Source: Malacoraja senta (taxonomy: Eukaryota). From it: a stretch of 64,000 nt of DNA. Shown here in pieces: positions 1 through 12,417 of this stretch (positions are counted from its first letter, which is position 1; each line of letters starts with the position of its first letter). The position numbers and the translations under genes were made by a program. Below the pieces are notes generated by a model that ran no database searches, was not told the origin of the DNA, and saw only the letters and a program-made list of their open reading frames with translations. The DNA is taken from NCBI GenBank assembly GCA_038087875.1, contig CM075988.1, positions 23,996,001 to 24,060,000 of the forward strand. The letters are read 5' to 3'.

Positions 1-201
1 TTCTCTGCCACAGAAAGCAGTGGAAGCTAATTCATTGGATGTTTTCAAGAGAGAGTTAGATTTAGCTCTTGGGGCTGACGGAATCAAGGGATATGGAGAG
101 AAAGCTGGAACGGGGTACTAATTTGGATGATCAGCCATGATCATATTGAATGGCGGTGCTGGCTCGAAGGGCCTACTCCTGCACCTGTTTTCTATGTTTC
201 T
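1..201 (+). mobile_element. CR1/HER1-type LINE 3' end fragment
   Basis: Encodes ...SLPQKAVEA...FKRELD...GYGEKAG followed by the 3' UTR and (tctatgtt) tail shared with many copies in the window. Confidence 0.85.
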
Positions 202-458
202 AGTCAATGGTTTGCCTGGGTTTGTTCCCCTTTACGACAGTGTGTCATGGCTTTGGGTAGTTTGTTGCAACAGGCACCACAGTGAGTTACGTGCTCATTG
301 TCTTCAATAAAGAATGATTAGATGGTAGCTCTGGCCTTGAGACATATTTAGTGAACAGCCAACACCAGTGTCTGCTGACTGGGTAACAGCAATCTCCACA
401 GCAAGATGCTCTTGGTCACGTTCTTAGAAACATTGTGATAATGAACCTTTAAGAGTTA

Positions 459-742
459 AGGGCCTGCCCCACTATACGAGTTTACCCAAGATCTCTCCTG
501 AGTTGAAAAAAAATCAAACTCGTGGTAAGCACGTAGAATGTACGTCGGAGCTTGGGGACGTCTCTTAGCTAACGGCAGGTACTCGGGAAACGCGGTAAGC
601 TCGTGAAGTTTTTTCAACATGTTGAAAAATGTCCACGAGAGCCCCGAGTACCTACGAGTGGCCATTACCGTAAATCTCCGAGTTCGAATCAGGGGAAACT
701 TGGGAGAACTCTTGAATTACCTCGTACAGTGGGACAGGCCCA
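459..742. mobile_element. MITE with GGGCCTGTCCCAC-type TIRs (PIF/Harbinger-like), subfamily A
   Basis: TIRs gggcctgccccactatacgag / ctcgtacagtgggacaggccc, with TTA on the left flank. Highly similar copy at 55659-55982. Confidence 0.75.
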
Positions 743-945
743 GTTTTGTAAATGTTGGAGAGTACCTGATTACCTTTTGGCGCTAAAACTCTGCGCTGAT
801 AAAAGTAAAGAGATAACGGCAAAATCCAATTTTTAGGAAACAGTTATGTTTGGTGGATGTAACTGCAAAAGAGACTTGTGCACCCTATGTGTTTGACTCA
901 CTGATTGTGGGCGAGACAGAGTCCCAAGCATAACGGTGATAACGG

Positions 946-1072
946 TGTTTAAGAAAGAACTGCAGATGCTGGGAAAATCGAAGGTAGATAAAAACGCTGG
1001 AGAAACTCAGCGGGTGAGGCAGCATCTATGGAGCGAAGGAAATAGGTGACGTTTCGGGTCGAGACCCTTCTT
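946..1072 (-). mobile_element. Penelope-like element terminal-repeat remnant
   Basis: aagaactgcagatgctgg...gacgtttcgggtcgagacccttctt. The same repeat is physically joined to Penelope ORF ends at 29930-30520 and 51793-52465. Confidence 0.7.
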
Positions 1073-1284
1073 GGTAACGGTGAGCTCGTTCAATGTGTAA
1101 CATGCTTCTTCTCTAAGAGCATCCTCGACTCAAATACCACACGAGCAAAGTCCATAGGAGATGTGCGGGATGGTGAGTGCCTGAACGATGGCTGGCGGTG
1201 GTATCTGAAGCAGATAAAATACTTTTGTATAGATATATTACTGTGCTGGGAATGGAAGGATGTGGGCTATGTGCAGATCCAGTT

Positions 1285-1710
1285 CAGTCCAGTTCAGTTT
1301 GAGTTTAGTTTATGGTCACGTGTACCGAGGTACAGTGAAAAGCTTTTTGTTGAGTGCTATCCAGTCAGCAGAAAGACAATACATGATTACAATCGAACCA
1401 TTTAGATAAGGGAATAACGTTTAGTGCAAAGTAAAGCCAGCAAAATCTGACCAGGATAGACCGAGGGTCTCCAAAGAGGGAGATAGTAGTTCAGCACTGC
1501 TCTCTGACTGTGGTAGGATGATTCAGTTGCCTGATAACAGCTGGGAAGAAACTGTCCCTGAATCTGAAGGTGTGCGTTTTCACACTCTGTACCTTTTGAA
1601 TGTGAATGGCTCAATTGTAAATCATGTATTTGTCTCTCCACTGACTGGTTAGCACGCAGCAAAAGCTTTTCACTGTACCACGGTACACGTGACAATACAC
1701 TAAACCGAAC
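1285..1710. mobile_element. Rex1/Babar-like LINE 3' end (minus, ~1285-1595) plus an inverted 3' tail copy (plus, ~1600-1710)
   Basis: Minus strand reads ...KTHTFRFRDSFFPAVIRQLNHP. The tail aaagcttttcactgtacc-cggtacacgtgac is present in both orientations. Same family at 42885-43170. Confidence 0.6.
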
Positions 1711-1929
1711 TGCACCAGCAGCAGAGGATTGCTGCGTTAACATTGCTCTCTGGATTGTTGCGTTAACATTGAGTTGTCCAGCAGGGCCATTTCACAGTTG
1801 TTCATGCAACCAGGGAATAGGTTTCTAACATGGGTATGAAATTGCGCAGATACAGGGCCAGAGGAGGGTTCATGTTTGGGGACAGATTTTCCAACAATTT
1901 GTTTCTCATTTGAACAATGATCACTCTAA

Positions 1930-2085
1930 AGGGCCTGTCCCACTTACGCAATTTTTTCTGCCACTTGCCGGCACCCGTCATAGGTGGCCGAAAATGTTCA
2001 ACATGTTGAAAATCCAGCGGGGACCAGACAAAGGTACGACTCTTTGGGCGACGACTCACGACCTTACAGGCGACACCCCGGGTGT
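1930..2085. mobile_element. Truncated Harbinger-like MITE, subfamily B
   Basis: Left TIR taa|agggcctgtcccacttacg and internal ttcaacatgttgaaaa. Related to 28184-28343 and 54127-54300. Confidence 0.65.
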
Positions 2086-2717
2086 GTATTAAAGGTTCAT
2101 TAATTAGAACCTTGTACTCTTTGGATTTTTGTACTCTGCTTTGAAACTGGTTCAAAGATAGCTTGTGGAGCTGCAGAGAAAAACTGTTCCCCTTCCAACT
2201 ACCGGCAGTAGGGAGAGTAACAATAGTGTTCTCGATCCAGTTCTCGATCTCCATATTGCTGGCTCTACATGGAGGCCAGTGGGAGGAAGGTGGTGAGAAT
2301 GGAAGTGCTTTGCTGGCACAGAACAGCCTGTTGCCGCAGTGTGGTTGCATTTTGTTGAGTGTGTCGGATGTATTCAGTGCTGGACCTCACTAATGGAAAA
2401 ATAAATGTAAGATAGACACAAAAAGCTGGAGTAACTCAGCGGGACAGGCAGCGTCTCTGGAGAGAAGGAATGGGTGACGTTTCGGGTCGAGACCCTTCTT
2501 CAGAAGAATAAATGTAATTGCCAAAGACCTTTGGACAGGTACTTGGAGAGGACAGGTTTAGAAGGATACGGGCCAAACGCATGCAGGTGAGACTAGTGTA
2601 GATGGGACATGTTGGACGGCGTGGGCAAGTTGGGCCGAAGGGCCTGTTTCCACACTGTGTGACTCTATGACATTTGGAATGAGAATAGGGATGAATTGGA
2701 CGAATAAACACATGTTT

Positions 2718-3014
2718 AATTTAGTTTAGAGATACAGCGCGGAAACAGGCCCTTCGGCCCACCGAGTCCACGCCAACCCGTGATCTCCGCACATTAACAC
2801 TATCCTACACACACTTGGAACAATTTACAATTTTACCAAGCCAATTAACCTACAAACCCGCACGTCTCTGGAGTGTGGGAGGAAACCGGAGCACCCGGAG
2901 AAAACCCACGTGGGCACGGGGAGAACGTACAGACTGCGCACAGACAGCACCCATAGTCGGGATCGAACCCGGGTCTCTGCCGCCGTATAGCAGCAACTCT
3001 ACCGCTGCGCCACC
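2718..3014 (-). mobile_element. HE1-type tRNA-derived V-SINE
   Basis: Minus strand has A-box (gtggcgcagcgg), B-box (ggttcgatccc), V-domain (gtgggttttctccgggtgctccggtttcctcccacactcc) and a CR1-like tail ending in (ctaaa) repeats. Confidence 0.85.
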
Positions 3015-4161
3015 TGTCCTGAAATCTTTGTCCCCCTTTCCATGGTGATTGAATGTTGATCGGTAAAAAAAGAACCGGGCGCTTTCACAATGCAGGCGTC
3101 AATTTCCATGCGTGATGACATCATCAACGTGTACAATACCGATTTAGCATTTACTGGCATAAACTGGATCAGAAGTACATAGTCTATGACCTTTGAATTT
3201 AAATCTCGGTGAAATATTAAACGCCGTGAATCAAGCCGTGCTTGAAAACCTCCCCTGCTGGGCAGTGTTTTTTTACATGTCATAAATCCTCTACTCAGTC
3301 ATTGTAATGTATTAAATGTATCTCATTGCCAGCAATGGTGAGGCTACAGTGGGCTGTTATCTTCAGTCTGTGTCCCCAAGGCTGTGGGTTCCAAGGAGAG
3401 CACTTTGGAAGCATTGACTTGCTTCCTGTGGGTCACCCCATAAATAAGCCTCGGTTGGCTGGTTTACCCCCGATGCTTGGGTTTCTTAACGGGTCTAGTT
3501 TTAACGGAAACATGTCCCGATGTTGCTATTTATTTGACGCCTCTTAATTTTGCATTTAAGCGAAACCGTGCCTGATTAATGTGTTAAAATAGGTGGAAAT
3601 CCAATTTCCAGGCACTCGTCCTTGAATTATAGGAAATATGTCAGAGCATCACACACTCTTGTGAATATCTCATTGTCTTTCCCACCGTTTCTGCGACTTG
3701 GTTCCTAATTCCTGCTCTAGGTTTGTGTGCAATTGAAAAGCAAAGAAGTGCAGATGCTAGAAATCTGCCTTAAAATTGCTCAGCGCAGTGACTGTGGAGA
3801 TGGAAACGGAGTTAATACTTCAGGTTGATGACCTTCCATTAACCTGAGACTTTGCTTGTCTTCCTCTCCAACGGAGCAGGTCTGATCTGCTCAATATTTG
3901 CGGCATCTACTGCTTTTATTGTCCATTTATCTGCCCTGGTCCACTATAGTTAATTGCACTTTCAGGATTGAGTCTTATAAAGTGAAAGGTGCCTGCGGAA
4001 TATACCTCCAGCACAATGTTTTTTATGGCTAAGTATTTGGTTTGTTTTAAGAGTGAATGTGAGTACGCTATCTTTTAATCGATCTTTATGTTTTAACGGT
4101 GTGTCTGAACGCAAGATTGAAAACCAGCCCCTGCAAATAGGAAAAGCTGCAAGAATCTATC

Positions 4162-4194
<33 letters not shown>

Positions 4195-4215
4195 TGTGAG
4201 AGAGAGAGAGAGAGA
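4162..4215. repeat. (GA)n microsatellite
   Basis: Read directly from the sequence. Confidence 0.95.
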
Positions 4216-6899
4216 TTATGCATTCTGTGCGAAGACACTTGGCATGTTGCCTATTCATAAAGCCTACATTTGACATAGTGCGTAGATCTGAAAACTGCAT
4301 TTCAGAGCAAGGTGGCAGTTCAGGGGTTTGACATCAAAGTGCAATAATAGAAAATTGGATTTCTATTCAAGGGAAAGGGAGGATATTTGGTCCATTAGAA
4401 TTCTATCCAAAGAGAGTCCTTGTGATGATGGATCCTGCAAAATGCAGAAGTAAGGGGCTGGGTCCATTGCATTTTACCCGAAGGGAGGATTTGGGAAGGG
4501 TTTAGTTTGATGAAATTCAATTCTAGTGTACTGACTAGGATGGCATTTGAAAAAAGGATGGCTTTGAATTATTGACTTTCCATGCAGTATAAGTGAACAG
4601 GATAGGGATTTGATCATTTTTGATTATATCATAGGATAGTCAGAGCAGATTTGAAATATATTTAGATTCTGTATAATAGAAGTGACTGAGAAAGAGTTTG
4701 GGATATTGTGATTCTATAATTACGGAAAGCTATTTAAGAGGCAAGACTTCTATTCTACGAATAGCCTGTTTTCTCATTTTCTTTGTATCCAAGATGCAAA
4801 AAAATAATTTAAAAAAGTACAATTGTTACGTAGTTAAAGGAGGGGGGGGGGGGGGGGGTGACCTTAGTCTCCAGACTGTTACACTGTACATTAACCAGTC
4901 AATATCAGATAAAACTAGCAAACCGTCTCATCACCAGACTGGTTAAAAACAATCCAGAATTTGCCTCAAATCTCTCTATAACAAGTGACATTTCTAAACC
5001 AAACCTTTGTTTAAGTGTTTGAGTAAAATCTGGAGTCATTAAACTATAAACTGACATAATATGCACGACTCTAGATAGAGAATATTTTCATCATTAACGT
5101 AACTCTTGACAAAGTGCTTCTACATTAGCTAGTGCACTACTGAGCCACATGGTCCAGAAGGACTAATGTCTCAATCTCAGGTCTATCTTCATGGACCTCA
5201 TCTGGGGCAATAGTTATAACGCATCGATTCCCTGAAGAGGGAGGGAGGGAGGGAGGGAGGGAGGGAGGGGAGGGGACCAGGCTGAACAAAGAGTCTCCGT
5301 GCCCACCAACGGTCTGGATGGCGAGGGCGAGGGGGACAGGACCGGCGCCCCTGGGTGGAACAACCTGGTAGAACCTCCTGAGTTGGCTCTGCAAATGCGG
5401 GAGGGTTAGGGGCTTAGGAGAGGTGCTGGAGGCCCTTGGAACCTGTGTCGGAGCTCTCAGGCGAGGTGGGCAGAGAAGGCTGCTGACGAAAAGCAGAATG
5501 TGTTAACCAGCAGGGAAAGAAAATGACCATCCTTGCGGGACCCGGGCCCGGATGTGACTCCCACGCTCGCCAACAAGGTCGATTTTTAACTGCCCTCTGA
5601 AAATGACCAAGCGAGAGCTGGGTGGTAAACACGAGAGTAAAGTCACCGCATGTGGTGAACGAGTTAAAACATTTCATCACTGGCCCCTTTCTTTACCCCC
5701 GACTGGTTAAACGTTACTCTCCTGGGCCATGTCCTGTAAACATTCAGGAAATTATACAGCAAATTGTTTTGTCTCCTTGTGGTTTTCTCTCGTTCTCCTG
5801 TTCTCTTCATCAGTACTTTCCGTTCTACTTCCCTCTGCGGGTCCCACCTATATCTGCAACACCGCATAGCCTGCCACCAGTAAACACACTCATGTCAGGC
5901 CTCAGGCAAATGGCAAATGGCCATTTTCTTTCCTGCTTTTTTTCTTCCTGTAGAAGGTTTTGGTTTCCAGATAGAGCACGATATTGAGACATTACAGGGT
6001 CCGTTTTCGCATCCAGCCTTAGCACCGTCCCCCCGTCCCCTGCCCCCCACCACCGATTGTCTTTTCAGACTGCAATGTGAACGTCTTAGCATCAGGGCTG
6101 CTGTGTGAAGGGCGGAGGGGAGGGGGGGTTCCTGCAGACTCTCCCCGGTGTGGTCAATGGCCTTCCAGCCCAGAGGAAGCCACCTTCACAAGCTCCCCCC
6201 GCTCCCCGCATGGTACGAAATAAAATGATGGTTCACGGCTCACGTACAGAAGCAGCAGATAAGCACGAGGGGACGCAGGGTCAGTCATGATCATTAGGAT
6301 GGGCCAACCATCGGCACAATACTGGGGGGGGGGGGGTCACAACCGAGCTACTGGGAGAGGAGGTTAACAGTGGACTCGGACAGATATCCATTACAACCCA
6401 GCCCTCCACTAGACGAGAGTTCACCATCGGCCAGGGATCATTGGCCGGCCAGTGTTCAATGGGGGGCAGCGGTGAGACCCAACAAAACAAGAATACCTTG
6501 GCTTTCCAGCAGATATTTCTGCCTGTGATGTTAGATCCACTGCATCAAAGACAGCAGCCGCAGCATTGTATACCCACCGTCACTTGCACAAGAACAATAT
6601 CAAACGGCACGAACAACTTTCAACATTTCCCCCCTCCCCCCCACCCCCCGCCCCACTGACCAAAGCCCTAACTTGCTCCCCACCCCCCCTCCCCCCCCAC
6701 CCCATGCCTGTGCCAACCAACATCCCCCGTCAGTGGGCCTTGAGGCCAATCACAAGTGGACACTGGCTGTAGAAGCGCTTTAAGGGCAGGAGAGATCTGC
6801 ATGTGTTTGTGATGTTGACATTAATACCACAACCGTGAAGGGCGAATCACAGCGTTAACCCTTTTAAAACCAGCGCGGCGGATCTGTTCCCCCTTCGGC

Positions 6900-6966
6900 G
6901 GGGGGGTGGGGGTGGGGGTGGGGGTGGGGGTGGGGGTGGGGGTGGGGGTGGGGGTCGGGGGGGGTG
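6900..6966 (+). repeat. (GGGGGT)n hexamer array, G-quadruplex prone
   Basis: About 9 tandem units of gggggt. Confidence 0.9.
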
Positions 6967-7067
6967 AAACAAAGCGTGGGTATTGCCAAAGTCTGAGAGA
7001 GGGGGGTTGTTGCTGCTGGACAGTGGGATCGGTGCTGTACCCCCGCGGCTGGGACAGTGAAAGTCAT

Positions 7068-7283
7068 TTACACATACTGTTCTTTAGGGTAGATGTAGGG
7101 TGCACGGGAGCCAGGCGTGGGGCCTCTGTGAGCGGCACCAGGGTGGCGGGGAGGGTCCGGGGCTCTATACGATAACTTATTATAAATAGGGTGGAGTTGC
7201 TCCAAGTAGTCGTCATGGTAACCGTGCCGGCTGCTCACGTATTCATCCTCAGCTGATAGTTCTTCGTAGCGATTCCCATTGTA
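7068..7283 (-). CDS. NECTIN1: Terminal cytoplasmic exon (phase 0): YNGNRYEELSAEDEYVSSRHGYHDDYLEQLHPIYNKLSYRAPDPPRHPGAAHRGPTPGSRAPYIYPKEQYV*
   Basis: Acceptor tgtctttacttccacag|. There are 71 open codons ending in EQYV*, matching the nectin E/A-x-Y-V afadin PDZ-binding consensus. Confidence 0.8.
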   Translation of the reverse strand, partial: YNGNRYEELSAEDEYVSSRHGYHDDYLEQLHPIYNKLSYRAPDPPRHPGAAHRGPTPGSRAPYIYPKEQYV

Positions 7284-7420
7284 CTGTGGAAGTAAAGACA
7301 AGGCCACAATTCAGAAGCTGCCCTCGGCTGCTGCGCTCAGCTTCAACGAGTTGAGCAACATTCCTCAACAGAGATCCATTTACAAAACAGACAGATGATC
7401 CTGACCAAGGAGATCACTAA

Positions 7421-9288
7421 AGGGGCTGTCCCACTTGGGCGACATAATTTAGGTTGCCCAAGTTTAGGCGGGTTTAGAAGAGTTTAGGAGAGTTTGAAAA
7501 AATGACATGTTGAAGACCAGCTTCGACTATGTAGAAGACCAGCTACAACTAACTTCAGGAAAATTGGACACTGAATAGTGGAGAGAGATGACGACCTCCC
7601 TTCGACTATGATGAAGACTGTCTACGACTACCTTCGACTACCCTCGATTACCTACGACTAACATTGGTACGACTACGACTTTGGAAAGTGGTGAAATCAT
7701 TGGACAAAGTCAGCATGGATTTATGAAAGGTAAATCATGTCTGACGAATCTTATAGAATTTTTCGAGGATGTAACTAGTAGAGTGGATAGGGGAGAACCA
7801 GTGGATGTGTTGTATCTGGACTTTCAGAAGGCTTTCGACAAGGTACTACATAAGAGATTAGTATGCAAACTTAAATCACACGGTATTGGGGGTTCAGTAT
7901 TGATGTGGATAGAGAACTGGCTGGCAAACAGGAAGCAAAGAGTAGGAGTAAACGGGTCCTTTTTACAATGGCAGGCAGTGACTAGTGGGGTACCGCAAGG
8001 CTCAGTGCTGGGACCCCAGCTATTTACAATTTATATTAATGATCTGGACGAGGGAATTGAAAGCAACATCTCCAAGTTTGCGGATGACACTAAGCTGGGG
8101 GGCAGTGTTAGCTGTGAGGAGGATGCTAGGAGACTGCAAGGTGACTTGGATAGGCTGGGTGAGTGGGCAAATGTTTGGCAGATGCAGTATAATGTGGATA
8201 AATGTGAGGTTATCCACTTTGGTGGCAAAAACGGGAAGGCAGACTATTATCTGAATGGTGGCCGATTAGGAAATGGGGAGATGCAGCGAGACCTGGGTGT
8301 CATGGTACACCAGTCATTGAAAGTAGGCATGCAGGTGCAGCAGGCAGTGAAGAAAGCGAATGGTATGTTGGCCTTCATAGCAAGAGGATTTGAGTATAGG
8401 AGCAGGGAGGTTCTACTGCAGTTGTACAGGGTCTTGGTGAGACCACACCTGGAGTATTGCGTACAGTTTTGGTCTCCAAATGTGAGGAAGGACATTATAG
8501 CCATAGAGGGAGTGCAGAGAAGGTTCACCAGACTGATTCCTGGGATGTCAGGACTTTCATATGAAGAAAGACTGGATAGACTTGGCTTATACTCGCTAGA
8601 ATTTAGGAGATTGAGAGGGGATCTTATAGAAACGTACAAAATTCTTATGGGGTTGGACAGGCTAGATGCAGGAAGATTGTTCCCGATGTTGGGGAAGTCC
8701 AGGACAAGGGGTCACAGCTTAAGGATAAGGGGGAAATCCTTTAAGACCGAGATGAGGAAAAACTTTTTCACACAGAGAGTGGTGAATCTCTGGAACTCTC
8801 TGCCACAGAGGGTAGTTGAGGCCAGTTCATTGGCTATATTTAAGAGGGAGTTAGATGTGGCCCTTGTGGCTAAAGGGATCAGGGGGTATGGAGAGAAGGC
8901 AGGTAGGTACGGGATACTGAGTTGGATGATCAGCCATGATCATATTGAATGGCGGTGCAGGCTCGAAGGGCCGAATGGCCTACTCCTGCACCTATTTTCT
9001 ATGTATCCATGTATCTATGTAACATGCCGACCCACTACGACTAAACCTACAAGTAAAAAAATATCGGTTTTTTTCCATGGCGACCTTTTTTTACTCGCGG
9101 GCATTTTTTAACAGATTGAAAAATACGCCGCGACCTAGCTGAGGCCTCGAGTACGCGGAGACCACTCTCGAGCATGAAGGAGAGTTACGAAGACCTCCTA
9201 CGACCTCGTGTCGACCGTGCTGCGAGTATGAGTCAGGGGCAAACTCGCCAGAACTCGCGGATTAGGTCGCCCATGTGGGACAGCCCCT
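7421..9288. mobile_element. Harbinger-like MITE subfamily C, split by a CR1 LINE insertion
   Basis: TIRs aggggctgtcccacttgggcgac / gtcgcccatgtgggacagcccct with flanks TAA / TTA. Internal tacgac-rich repeats continue on both sides of the LINE. Confidence 0.8.
7681..9020 (+). mobile_element. 5'-truncated CR1/HER1 LINE with an uninterrupted reverse-transcriptase domain
   Basis: ORF contains QHGFMKGKSCLTNL, YLDFQKAFDKV, GVPQGSVLGP, FADDTKL, RPHLEYCVQFWSP and NLWNSLP, then a 3' tail of tctatgt-like repeats. No endonuclease domain or ORF1 is present. Confidence 0.95.
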
Positions 9289-9412
9289 TTAATCTGGTTG
9301 GGGTCCAACCTCACAGGGTGACAGCTCTGCTCCACAGGAGAGGCTGATACCAACCCCGCTCACTATTCTGCCATGTGACCACTCGCTTGTGCTTGGCTGG
9401 GGCTGCACACAT

Positions 9413-11278
9413 GCACTCACACTCACTCGCTCTCACACTCACTCGCTCTCACACTCACTCCCTGTCACTCATTCACTCACTCACTCACTCACTCACTCAC
9501 TCTCACTCTCTGTCACACACTCACTCACTCTCTCACACTCACTCACTCTCACACTCACTCTCACACACTCACTCACACTCACTCACTCACACTCACTCTC
9601 ACTCTCTGTCACACACTCTCTCACACTCACCCACTCACTCTCTCACACTCACTCACTCACACTCACTCACTCTCACACTCACTCTCTCACACTCACTCTG
9701 TCACACACTCACTCACACTCACTCACTCACTCACTCACTCTCACACTCACTCACTCACTCACACTCACTCACTCACTCTCACACTCACTCACTCACTCTC
9801 ACACTCACTCACTCTCACACTCACTCACACTCACTCACTCACTCACACTCACTCACTCACTCACTCACTCACTCACTCTCACACTCACTCACTCTCACAC
9901 TCACTCACACTCACTCACTCACTCTCACACTCACTCACTCTCACACTCACTCACACTCACTCACTCACTCACACTCACTCACTCTCACACTCACTCACTC
10001 TCACACTCACTCACACTCACTCACTCTCACACTCACTCACTCACTCACACTCACTCACTCTCACACTCACACACTCACTCACTCACTCACTCACACTCAC
10101 TCACACACTCACTCACTCTCACACACTCTCACACTCACTCACTCTCACACTCACTCACACTCACTCACACTCACTCACTCACTCTCACACTCACTCACTC
10201 TCACACTCACTCACACTCACTCACTCTCACACTCACACACTCACACACTCACTCACTCTCACACTCACTCACACTCACTCACTCTCACACTCACACACTC
10301 ACTCTCACACTCACTCTCACACTCACTCACTCACTCACTCACTCACTCACTCACACTCACTCACTCTCACACTCACTCACTCTCACACTCACTCACTCAC
10401 TCACTCACTCACTCACACTCACTCACACACTCACTCACTCTCACACTCACTCACTCACTCACTCACTCATTCTCACACTCACTCACTCTCACACTCACTC
10501 ACTCACTCTCACACTCACTCACTCACTCACTCTCACACTCACTCACTCTCACACTCACTCACTCACTCACTCTCACACTCACTCACTCACTCACTCTCAC
10601 ACTCACTCACTCTCACACTCACTCACTCTCACACTCACTCACTCACACTCACTCACTCACACTCACTCACTCACTCACACACTCACTCACTCACTCACTC
10701 ACTCTCACACTCACTCACTCACTCTCACACTCACTCACTCACTCTCACACTCACTCACTCACTCACACTCACTCACTCACTCACACACTCACTCACTCAC
10801 TCTCACACTCACTCACTCACTCTCACACTCACTCACTCACACTCACTCACTCACTCACACACTCACTCACTCACTCTCACACTCACTCACTCACTCTCAC
10901 ACTCACTCACTCTCACACTCACTCACACTCACTCACTCTCACACTCACTCTCTCACACCCACTCTCACACTCACTCACTCACACTCACTCACTCACTCTC
11001 ACACTCACTCACTCACACTCACTCACTCTCACACTCACTCACTCTCACACTCACTCACTCACACTCACTCATGCACACTCTCACACTCACTCACACTCAC
11101 TCACTCTCACTCTGTCACTCTCACTCACTCACTCTCTCACTCATTCATGCATGCACGCACGCACACCACCCCCACACACACTCACTCACACTCTACTCAC
11201 TCTCCCACACACTCTCACACACTCACACACTCACACACACTCTACTCACTCTCCCACACACTCTCACACACTCACACA
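9413..11278. repeat. About 1.9-kb complex (CACT)/(CA)/(CT) simple-repeat array
   Basis: Read directly. It explains the spurious 739-aa and 631-aa His/Ser/Leu/Thr ORFs. Confidence 0.97.
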
Positions 11279-11699
11279 TTGTAAGAGCCGTATATTTGCT
11301 CACTCACCAGTGAATGCAACCAGGGAGATGGTTTGCAGAGTAAATGTTCAGTTCTTCATTGCTAAATGCACAGACAGATTTGCTTGGATGGTGACACAGG
11401 TGAACATTTGGGGCGGGCTGCGTTTTGCCAGCGAGCTGCTGTACATTGGGATTCCGTTGAATAACAACTCACCAGGGACTCCCCAGCCTCACCTTGCCCT
11501 CGCTCTCTCACACCCTCTGGCTCTAATCCTTTCTGTGTCTCCGCCACAATTTCTGGCCCCTGTGTATCTAGAGTTGGTCTCACTCCTCAGCTAGATGCCA
11601 AGCTCCCAGGCTCTGGAATCTCCTCTCTAAAGCTCTTCACCTCCCTCTCCCCCTTCAAAATCACCCTTAACATCTACCTGTTTGATCACTCCCACGTCC

Positions 11700-12057
11700 C
11701 ACAAATGTTCTTGATTACTGCAGGTGTCAATTTATGGGGAGAAGGCAGGAGAATGGGGTTAGGAGGGGGAGATAGATCAGCCATGATTGAATGGTGGAGT
11801 AGACTTGATGGGCCGAATGGCCTAATTCTTCTCCTAGAACCTATGAACTCTTTTCTCTGCCTCAGAGGGCGGTGGAGGCAGGTTCTCTGGATGCTTTCAA
11901 GAGAGAGCTAGATAGGGCTCTTAAAAATAGCGGAGTCAGGGATATGGGAAGAAGGCAGGAACGGGGTACTGATTGGGGATGATCAGCCATGATCACATTG
12001 AATGGCGGTGCTGGCTCGAAGGGCCAAATGGCCTACTCCTGCACCTATTGTCTATTG
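11700..12057 (+). mobile_element. Two adjacent CR1/HER1 3' end fragments
   Basis: Two successive gatcagccatgat...gaatggc 3' UTR blocks from different subfamilies. Confidence 0.8.
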
Positions 12058-12417
12058 AACTCATGAACTCTAAACCAAACAAGAAGTATAACTCTGTGAT
12101 ATTATGAATTCAGGTAGCTGTCTTTCCATGAGAAAAGGAATAGGTGACCTTACGGGTTGAGGCCCTTCTTCTTCTGAAATGTCTGAAGAAGGGACTCGAC
12201 CCGAAATAAAACGTCACCTATTCCTTTTCTCCAGAGATGCTGTCTGACCCGCTGAGTTACTCCAGCATTTTGTGTCTTATCTTCAGTTTAATTCTGCTCC
12301 TATCTCTTATGATCTTATGATCTCATATGATCTTATGAAAGTTGCTCACGATCAGGTTAAGAATCTCCTGTGGAGTGCCTCAGTATATTTTACCATCCTA
12401 CCATTTATGACTATAGG

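Larger units (their letters stand above)
3020..7067 (-). other. Probable long 3' UTR and downstream flank of the nectin EQYV exon
   Basis: About 4 kb without recognisable SINE/LINE copies directly after the stop codon. Minus-strand AATAAA at 3915-3920 and 3529-3534. The true 3' end cannot be determined. Confidence 0.4.

Noticed and set aside
5137..5232. Possible extra terminal exon after a strong pyrimidine tract (ctcttcag|)
   Set aside because: The phase-0 reading stops after 5 codons and other frames show no recognisable motif. Likely 3' UTR.
7681..9111. 476-aa RT ORF as a host gene or autonomous element
   Set aside because: It is a 5'-truncated CR1 copy with a TTG start at the truncation point, no endonuclease or ORF1, and a C-terminus produced by frameshift read-through.
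11308..11560. Two gtgagt donors with short open frames on the minus strand
   Set aside because: Phases do not fit and the region looks like an old LINE remnant next to the CACT array.
9375..11594. 739-aa and 631-aa His/Thr/Ser/Leu-rich ORFs
   Set aside because: Translations of a CACT/CA/CT simple repeat that cannot contain stop codons.
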